Shown here: positions 58,376 through 64,000 of the stretch, piece after piece
Layout: every line of letters begins with the position of its first letter
Numbering within the stretch: the first letter of the stretch is position 1
Origin: Alcaligenaceae bacterium
Lineage (GTDB): Bacteria > Pseudomonadota > Gammaproteobacteria > Burkholderiales > Burkholderiaceae_B
Assembly (NCBI GenBank): GCA_029268595.1
Contig: JAJUGB010000001.1
Location: 7,695-71,694, forward strand
Length of the DNA: 64,000 bases
Direction of reading: 5' to 3'
Translations under genes and position numbers: made by a program
Notes under the pieces: model-generated
What the model was told of the DNA's origin: nothing
Databases searched by the model: none
Seen by the model: the letters and a program-made list of their open reading frames with translations, nothing else

Positions 58376-59057
58376 GAGAATAAACAAAACGGTTCGTACG
58401 CCCGCCAGCGAGCAAATCCCTCAGATTATGGCAGAGATGCAGACTGCGGCCGAGACACTTCAGCATGTAGGGTGGGGTGTGAGCGTTTTTGGTAGCGCCC
58501 GCATCAAACCCGATTCACCGTATTACGCCTTAAGCGAAGAACTTGGCCGCCGCCTGGCGCAAGCTCGACTGCCGTTAATTGCCGGCGGCGGGCCCGGCAT
58601 CATGGAGGCAGCCAATAAAGGCGCATTTAACGCAGGAGGCACCAGTATAGGGCTGAACATCAAATTGCCGCGCGAAGCGACCGACAACCGGTATCAGACG
58701 CATAGCCTGCAATTTGAATACTTTTATTCGCGCAAAGCCACTTTCTTCATGCATAGCGCGGCCTATGTAGCGTTGCCCGGCGGGTTTGGGACCATGGATG
58801 AACTCTTCGAGGTCCTGACTCTGGTCCAGACGCGGAAGGTGCCGCCCGCCCCCATCATCTTGATGGGCGAATCGTATTGGGCAGGATTGTTCGACTGGAT
58901 ACGTGATCAGATGCTGGCCAACCAATTGATCAGCCCGCACGATCTGGACTTGGTCACGATCTCGGACGACGTAGACGTCGTGATGCAGCAGATAGAGTCG
59001 TTTTGTGCCGACTATGCCGAACATCTGGGGCAAACGGCTATCCTGCCTACCGAATAG
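58374..59057 (+). CDS. LOG-family / TIGR00730 Rossmann-fold nucleotide-binding protein
   Basis: VFGSAR and PGGFGTMDELFE motifs. Start uncertain: ATG 58374 overlaps the polA start codon, with ATG 58428 or 58437 as alternatives. Confidence 0.8.
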   Translation: MRINKTVRTPASEQIPQIMAEMQTAAETLQHVGWGVSVFGSARIKPDSPYYALSEELGRRLAQARLPLIAGGGPGIMEAANKGAFNAGGTSIGLNIKLPREATDNRYQTHSLQFEYFYSRKATFFMHSAAYVALPGGFGTMDELFEVLTLVQTRKVPPAPIILMGESYWAGLFDWIRDQMLANQLISPHDLDLVTISDDVDVVMQQIESFCADYAEHLGQTAILPTE

Positions 59058-59091
59058 CCTTTTTCCTTTGCCTGCTTAGCTGGCGTTTACG

Positions 59092-60687
59092 TCAGTGTTT
59101 ACCCAGGAGCCGCTGAGCCACCATATAGCCGGACGCGCCGCCCAAACCGGGACCGGGATGAGTGGACGCCCCAATTTGATAAACGTTTGGATAGCTTGTC
59201 TGATGTGCCCTGGCTTTGCCTACGGCGGGAAAGGGCCGCATCCAGAAAAACTGATCAGGAGAACACACACCCGAATACGGATCGCCCCCCACAAGATTGC
59301 AGTTCATGCGTTCGAGATCGCCCGGGGACACGGCATGACGGCCAATAATCATGCTGTCCAGACCGGGCAATACCGTGGTAATACGTGCCTGCACCCGATC
59401 TGCAACTGCTTCGCGCACCGCCTCGGTCCATTGCCCGTCAGCGGGGACTGCGATTTCGCCGGCCGCATCACCTTTGATACGCGACGGCATTTCTTGCAGC
59501 TGTAGCCATAACATCCACTTGCCTTCCGGCGCCCGAGAGGGATCGACCGCTGAAGGCTGCCCGATGGCAATGGTGGGCCTGCGCGGAATCAGCCCGTTGT
59601 TTGCTTCGGTGACTGCCATGGCGACGTTCTCCATGCTTTCGGTCAGGTGAAGCAAGGGCACTTTGAGCATTTCAGGGTCTTGCCAGGGGGCAGGACGATC
59701 TAAGGCAAAATGGATTTGCATACAACCCCTGCCGTAACGGTAGGCCTGGGCTCGGTGACGGGTTTCGGCCGGCGCCTCGGGTAACAAGCGTCCGTATAAC
59801 TGCGTAGGAGTGACATTACATACTACGGCCTCCGAGGCGTTGTATGTCTTCCCGGCAGCCACGACTCCTGTTGCGCGTCCGCCGCTGATTACGACGCGCT
59901 CGACCTCAGTGTTTACCAACACCTGGCCCCCGTGCCGCTCGATAATGGATTGCATCCCGCGGACGAGGTTTTGACTGCCACCCTTGACCACCGGCATACC
60001 GCCCGCCACCACGGCGGCGAAGGTCAGCTTGCCGATGAGGGCCGAGCTGGCCTCATCGGGGCCCAGGCCTGTGTGCAGAACCCAGGGAGCAATGAGGGCT
60101 CGGGCAAAGTCGGAATGCAAAGTGCGGTCGGCCCACCGACGGAAGCTTTCCAGCGACTCGGACGCATACTGCACCAATCCATCCAGGCCGCGGCTGCGCC
60201 ATTCCGAGAACAACAGCTTGCCCAGCTTCCAGCTGTAGGGCGAATTACCCAATAAACCGAAGGTAAGAGGGGCATCCTGCTGGAAGAGCTGGTTTGCCAT
60301 AGCGCCAAAAGCTTGCCCATCACCGGGCGCTATCGCTTCAATTCGCTCTATGGCGTCCTGGACGTCTTGCCGCAAGGCCACGCCTTGCCCCTGCGGAGTA
60401 ATCAGCCCCGTGGTGTATCCGTTGGAAACGAATTCGACCCCTGCTGCAGCAAGGTCATCTTTCAGCTCAGGATAAGCCGGCCCTCCCATGAATAGCGGAT
60501 ACCAGCAAGACAGCACATCGTGGTGGAAACCAGGAAAGAGTTCCTGGGTAAGTATGCATCCACCCAAGCGCTCATTACGCTCCAGAAGCAGCACAGACTT
60601 GCCACGCTTGGCGAGCAAGGCTGCACAAACCAGCGAGTTCATGCCGCCGCCTACGACAATAATTTGACTTTGAGCCGAATTCACCAC
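59092..60687 (-). CDS. phytoene-desaturase-family (CrtI-like, COG1233) NAD(P)/FAD-dependent oxidoreductase
   Basis: IIVVGGGMNSLVCAALLAKRGKSVLLLERNERLGGC dinucleotide-binding fold and C-terminal GASTHPGPGLGGASG. GAGGAGG upstream of the GTG start. Confidence 0.75.
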   Translation of the reverse strand: MVNSAQSQIIVVGGGMNSLVCAALLAKRGKSVLLLERNERLGGCILTQELFPGFHHDVLSCWYPLFMGGPAYPELKDDLAAAGVEFVSNGYTTGLITPQGQGVALRQDVQDAIERIEAIAPGDGQAFGAMANQLFQQDAPLTFGLLGNSPYSWKLGKLLFSEWRSRGLDGLVQYASESLESFRRWADRTLHSDFARALIAPWVLHTGLGPDEASSALIGKLTFAAVVAGGMPVVKGGSQNLVRGMQSIIERHGGQVLVNTEVERVVISGGRATGVVAAGKTYNASEAVVCNVTPTQLYGRLLPEAPAETRHRAQAYRYGRGCMQIHFALDRPAPWQDPEMLKVPLLHLTESMENVAMAVTEANNGLIPRRPTIAIGQPSAVDPSRAPEGKWMLWLQLQEMPSRIKGDAAGEIAVPADGQWTEAVREAVADRVQARITTVLPGLDSMIIGRHAVSPGDLERMNCNLVGGDPYSGVCSPDQFFWMRPFPAVGKARAHQTSYPNVYQIGASTHPGPGLGGASGYMVAQRLLGKH

Positions 60688-60774
60688 CCCTCCTCAAGGT
60701 TGATATAAGTGGCAGCGGCACTGCGCCTGCAGGCCGCCGCTATGCAAAGTACAGGCGCAGGAAACGAGCTTGCC

Positions 60775-61551
60775 TTAAGGAACCAAAGCCAGCACTCGGA
60801 GCGGGCTACCCGAACCGCGCTGGATTTTAAGCGGGGCGGCAATAATGACGGCCCCTTTGACCGGCAGCTGATCGAGGTTGTTGAGGCATTGCAGGCCGTA
60901 TTTGTTTGCGCCGTGCATGAGCGTATGGCAGGGATAAGGCATGGGCCAGGCAAAGGATTGACCCGCGTCCGTGTTGATGGTTTCCACACCAAAACCATGC
61001 ACATTACGCTCTTTGATGAGCCACTCAACGGCCTCTTGGCTGGGGCCAGGGGTGTGCGCACCATCTTCGCGTACGTTGACATATGAGGCGGGATCGGACA
61101 ATCGCTTGGCCCAACCGGTGCGGAACAATACCCAGTTGCCCTCAGGAATGCGTCCGTGCTCGGCCTCCCACTGCTGGAGAAACTCTACGGTAAGCACCCA
61201 GTCTTCGTTTTGCTCGACTTCTTTGGTGGCGTCCACCACAACAGCCGGGGCAATAAAGTTTTTGGGATCGATCGTATCGACTGTGTTTTGCGGATGGTCT
61301 TTTCCGCTGACCCAGTGAGCCGGCGCATCAAAGTGAGTGCCCGTGTGTTCCCCACAGGTGAAGTTATTCCAGTACCAGGCCGGACCTGCTTCGTTGTACT
61401 CGGATATGGTCTCCATTTTGAACGCCGAGACCTGGCCAAATTGTGGGGGCAACTGCAGCGGAGGAAAATCCGGAGAAAGGGTATGGGTGAGGTCTACGAC
61501 CTTGAGGTTGCTGGACGTCAGCTGTTCCAGGAAATTAGCGGCGGTAGTCAT
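60775..61551 (-). CDS. cyclase-family metal-dependent hydrolase (kynurenine formamidase / isatin hydrolase family)
   Basis: HTGTHFDAPAH matches the HxGTHxDxPxH cyclase-family motif. AAGGAG RBS upstream of ATG 61551. Confidence 0.8.
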   Translation of the reverse strand: MTTAANFLEQLTSSNLKVVDLTHTLSPDFPPLQLPPQFGQVSAFKMETISEYNEAGPAWYWNNFTCGEHTGTHFDAPAHWVSGKDHPQNTVDTIDPKNFIAPAVVVDATKEVEQNEDWVLTVEFLQQWEAEHGRIPEGNWVLFRTGWAKRLSDPASYVNVREDGAHTPGPSQEAVEWLIKERNVHGFGVETINTDAGQSFAWPMPYPCHTLMHGANKYGLQCLNNLDQLPVKGAVIIAAPLKIQRGSGSPLRVLALVP

Positions 61552-61682
61552 TAATGTCTCCTTTTGGCTAAATGACTGAGGCAGGCTGAAGTTATGCGCC
61601 TGTCCTTGGGGAATTCTTCTATTTATGAAACACTTGGTTTAGGATTAAATGAATCTGTGAAAGCATACCCGTTCCCGAATTA

Positions 61683-61705
61683 TTCGCAAAGCGGCTGTTT
61701 GCGAA
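61683..61705. promoter_or_regulatory. 8-bp perfect inverted repeat (candidate operator or 5' UTR hairpin)
   Basis: TTCGCAAA, then 7 nt, then TTTGCGAA. It lies 22 nt upstream of the AraC-family ATG, in the AT-richer divergent gap. Confidence 0.35.
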
Positions 61706-61726
61706 GGCATCCTTGACGGAGTCGCC

Positions 61727-62788
61727 ATGAATGTCCGTAGGAATGCAACACGCCATACCCTTAGCCTGCCTCAATCTACAGACGCCGTGGCACCCGAAAC
61801 GGCCTCGGTTCGCCCTGCGCTGAGCTGGGTGCTTAGTCCCGTATTCACGTCGCACGATCTGGACGAGACCCGCCATAGTGTGGCGCGCATTTTCAAGCCC
61901 CACGACCTGACCGTATACGGCCCAAAGCAAACACTCAACGCTCATATGGATCACTTTGCCCTGGGGGCAGTCTCCATTAACCGGCTGTGCTACGGGGCCA
62001 ACGTCGTGATCGAGCCGGATTGCCTCCAGGATTTCCTGTTGGTGCAAATGCCCATGGCGGGGCGAGCCGAGATCCGTTGCGGAGCGCAATTCGTCGAATC
62101 GCACCCGCTCAAGGCATCTGTCCTTACCCCCTCCTTGCCACTGCATATGCGCTGGGAAGGCGAATGTGATCAGCTCATCGTACGGATAGATCGAAAGGTG
62201 CTTGAAGATGCGTGTAGCGCCCGTCTGGGCTATGCGCTTCCGAAGGCCTTGGAGTTTGAACTGGGCATGCCTCTGGACAGTGGCGCCGGCCATGCGTGGA
62301 AGGCCTTCGTCGAATTCCTTGCGGTGTCGCCCTTCTTGCAGAGCGCCCAAACCAGCGAGCTCGTACTCGCTCATATCGAGCAGTTGTTGGTAGACACGCT
62401 GTTGGACCAGCATCCGCATAACTTTTCAGAGTTGCTGCGGGCGCCCGCCGAGGCGGCGCCGGTCGCCTATGTGCAGCGAGCACAAGAATATATTCTGGCG
62501 CATAGTCACGAGTCCATCACGATGCAAACCCTGGCAGAACAAGCGGCGATCAGCGCACGCAGCCTTTACAACGGTTTTCGCCAGCACCGCGGCATTACTC
62601 CCATGGCGTTTCTGCGGCTCGTTCGCCTGCAAAAGGTACGCGATCAGCTTCTACAGGCGCGCCGCGAGGGCAGACGGCCCAGCATTACACAAATTGCTCT
62701 CGATTGCGGCTTTGTGCATCTGGGCCACTTTTCGCAGGCATACCGTCGCCAATATAACGAAACGCCCACAGAAACGCTCATGGGATAA
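61727..62788 (+). CDS. AraC-family transcriptional regulator
   Basis: N-terminal ligand/cupin-like domain plus a C-terminal double HTH (QTLAEQAAISARSLYNGFRQ...IALDCGFVHLGHFSQAYRRQY). Confidence 0.85.
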   Translation: MNVRRNATRHTLSLPQSTDAVAPETASVRPALSWVLSPVFTSHDLDETRHSVARIFKPHDLTVYGPKQTLNAHMDHFALGAVSINRLCYGANVVIEPDCLQDFLLVQMPMAGRAEIRCGAQFVESHPLKASVLTPSLPLHMRWEGECDQLIVRIDRKVLEDACSARLGYALPKALEFELGMPLDSGAGHAWKAFVEFLAVSPFLQSAQTSELVLAHIEQLLVDTLLDQHPHNFSELLRAPAEAAPVAYVQRAQEYILAHSHESITMQTLAEQAAISARSLYNGFRQHRGITPMAFLRLVRLQKVRDQLLQARREGRRPSITQIALDCGFVHLGHFSQAYRRQYNETPTETLMG

Positions 62789-62794
62789 GCGGCT

Positions 62795-64000
62795 CTATCC
62801 GGCGGCTCGCCTGAAAGACGGCGTCTGCGACTGCATAGCCTCTTTGGCTCTTTTGCGCTCCAATAGTCGCTGTGTTGCCTGACGATAATCGCTGGCTTGC
62901 GCCGGCAATAGCCATTGTTTGAAGCGAGTAAAGCTAGACACATTGAGCTTAAGCTCATTTAGCATTTCGTCTATGTTGTGCATGGAAAACGGGATGATAT
63001 TCGTCCCGCGTGCGTGTTTGCCCTCTGTCCGCTCCTCCATCCAGCGCAGGCGCTTGCGCACATGCTCAAGTCGATCCGCCAAAGGCGGCAAATCGATTTC
63101 TCCCATCAGATGAGCAGCGATCCACAGCGCGGCCACTTCTGCGCTAAGCGGACTATAGAACGAAGAGTTATAACCGCAAAAATACAGACGCGGAACTGTC
63201 AGGGGGTGTATCTGGCGGTACAGCTGGAAATTGCCCCGCTCGTCGGTCAACTGAGCTTGCAGCGACTCGGAGAAGAACGGCACGACCTGCTTGAAGCCGG
63301 TCCCGCAGATAACGATGTCGGCGGGAACCCGGCGGCCGTCTGACAAGTACGCCACGGGTCTACCATCTTCTTCGTCCAAACCACTGATTTCACATTCGCG
63401 GGCCACCTCTGTCACCCCCCGCTCCACCTGCTCATAAAGTTCGTCGGTAGATAAGCTCACCGTGCTGCGGGCGATGCGATCGAACGTGCCGTCCGGCACC
63501 AACCCTAGTTTCTCGAGACGAAGCTGACGTGTTGCCACAGTTTGCAAGGACCGTATCATGCTGTCCCGGATTCCCCGGCCCGGCCCATGCAAGAATCGTT
63601 CAAAGCCCCGGTTCTCTATGTACGGAAACAGGCCCTCGCCCAACCTCGTCAACATGAGGTACTTGTAATTGAGGACGTTAAGAATCTTCCGAGGCATTTT
63701 CCAGAGCAGTTCGCGAGCAATCACTTTGGTAGAGGCCGCGACTTCACCCACTGCTGCAGCCACGTCGCAGGACGACTTACCATAGCCCACAACCAGCACG
63801 TGCTTGCCCCTGGCCTCGTCCAGATCGTGAAATTCTGACGTGGCGCAAAGCCTGCCGCCGGCCGCCTTGAACGCATCCACACCACTGTAAGGGGGTATGA
63901 ACGGCTCGCTAAATATCCCGTTGGCGACTACCAACTGGTCCGCCAGATATTGACTGGTGCGATCTGAACCAGCTTCACGAACGGTTAAGACCCATCCCTG
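62795..64000 (-). CDS. flavin-containing monooxygenase-like NAD(P)/FAD-dependent oxidoreductase, N-terminus beyond window edge
   Basis: Second dinucleotide motif VLVVGYGKSSCDVA and ICGTGF. The frame stays open through 64000. The track start at 63934 is a TTG inside the gene. Confidence 0.7.
   Translation of the reverse strand, partial: QGWVLTVREAGSDRTSQYLADQLVVANGIFSEPFIPPYSGVDAFKAAGGRLCATSEFHDLDEARGKHVLVVGYGKSSCDVAAAVGEVAASTKVIARELLWKMPRKILNVLNYKYLMLTRLGEGLFPYIENRGFERFLHGPGRGIRDSMIRSLQTVATRQLRLEKLGLVPDGTFDRIARSTVSLSTDELYEQVERGVTEVARECEISGLDEEDGRPVAYLSDGRRVPADIVICGTGFKQVVPFFSESLQAQLTDERGNFQLYRQIHPLTVPRLYFCGYNSSFYSPLSAEVAALWIAAHLMGEIDLPPLADRLEHVRKRLRWMEERTEGKHARGTNIIPFSMHNIDEMLNELKLNVSSFTRFKQWLLPAQASDYRQATQRLLERKRAKEAMQSQTPSFRRAAG

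Noticed and set aside
1-64000. tRNA, rRNA, tmRNA, RNase P, SRP or 6S RNA genes. Transposases, integrases, att sites or prophage genes. Toxin-antitoxin or known defence systems.
   Set aside because: Scanning by eye found no T-loop (GGTTCGAATCC-like) cloverleaf candidates, no conserved cores of the listed RNAs, and no ORF with transposase, integrase or defence-gene motifs. The PIN domain here is fused to PhoH (housekeeping YlaK type), not a VapC toxin. A computational scan (tRNAscan-SE, Infernal, ISfinder, DefenseFinder) is still needed.

Overview
GC-rich chromosomal segment that reads as core genome of a betaproteobacterium. The gene content looks Burkholderiales/Alcaligenaceae-like: priB between rpsF and rpsR, kdkA, hpnCDE, potFGHI, folE2. 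This is inferred from gene content only, with no database search. I call 57 protein-coding genes. They are densely packed, and many are joined by 1-8 nt stop/start overlaps. The ORF track uses the longest ORF with ATG/GTG/TTG starts, so I trimmed many N-termini to the start that fits the conserved N-terminus, a Shine-Dalgarno sequence or the upstream stop. I recognised no rRNA, tRNA, CRISPR array, transposase, integrase or phage gene. Blocks in order: DUF218, YkgJ, ligase-associated exonuclease and ATP-dependent DNA ligase (1-3607, +). Six-gene glycan/LPS-core-like cluster of 3 GT4, 1 GT2 and 2 polysaccharide deacetylases, chained directly behind hrpA-dnaE (3648-16957, -). argA, yggX, phoU. 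potFGHI, ArsC-family gene and rpiA (-). alr, SDR, radA, FtsX-type permease and kdkA (-). hpnCDE squalene module (+). alaC, hom, thrC and crcB (-). Mth938, bcp, PIN-PhoH and pdxA (+). rpsF-priB-rpsR-rplI-dnaB (-). xseB-ispA-dxs and folE2 (-). Rieske oxygenase behind a 513-nt intergenic region. DMT and sulfurtransferase, htpX, dienelactone hydrolase, polA, LOG-family protein. A probable accessory cluster at the right end (59092-64000): CrtI-like flavoprotein, cyclase-family hydrolase, AraC regulator and a flavin monooxygenase cut by the window edge. I found no clear defence island or mobile element. The best leads for undescribed biology are the AraC/FMO/cyclase/CrtI-like cluster, the Rieske oxygenase with an atypical cluster-binding spacer and its long repeat-bearing upstream region, an FtsX permease with no ATPase partner wedged between radA and kdkA, dnaE translationally chained to envelope glycosylation genes, and two recent tandem duplications (44 nt at the pdxA 3' end, 25 nt upstream of the Rieske gene). 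All functional calls come from motif and family recognition by eye, and none was verified by search.
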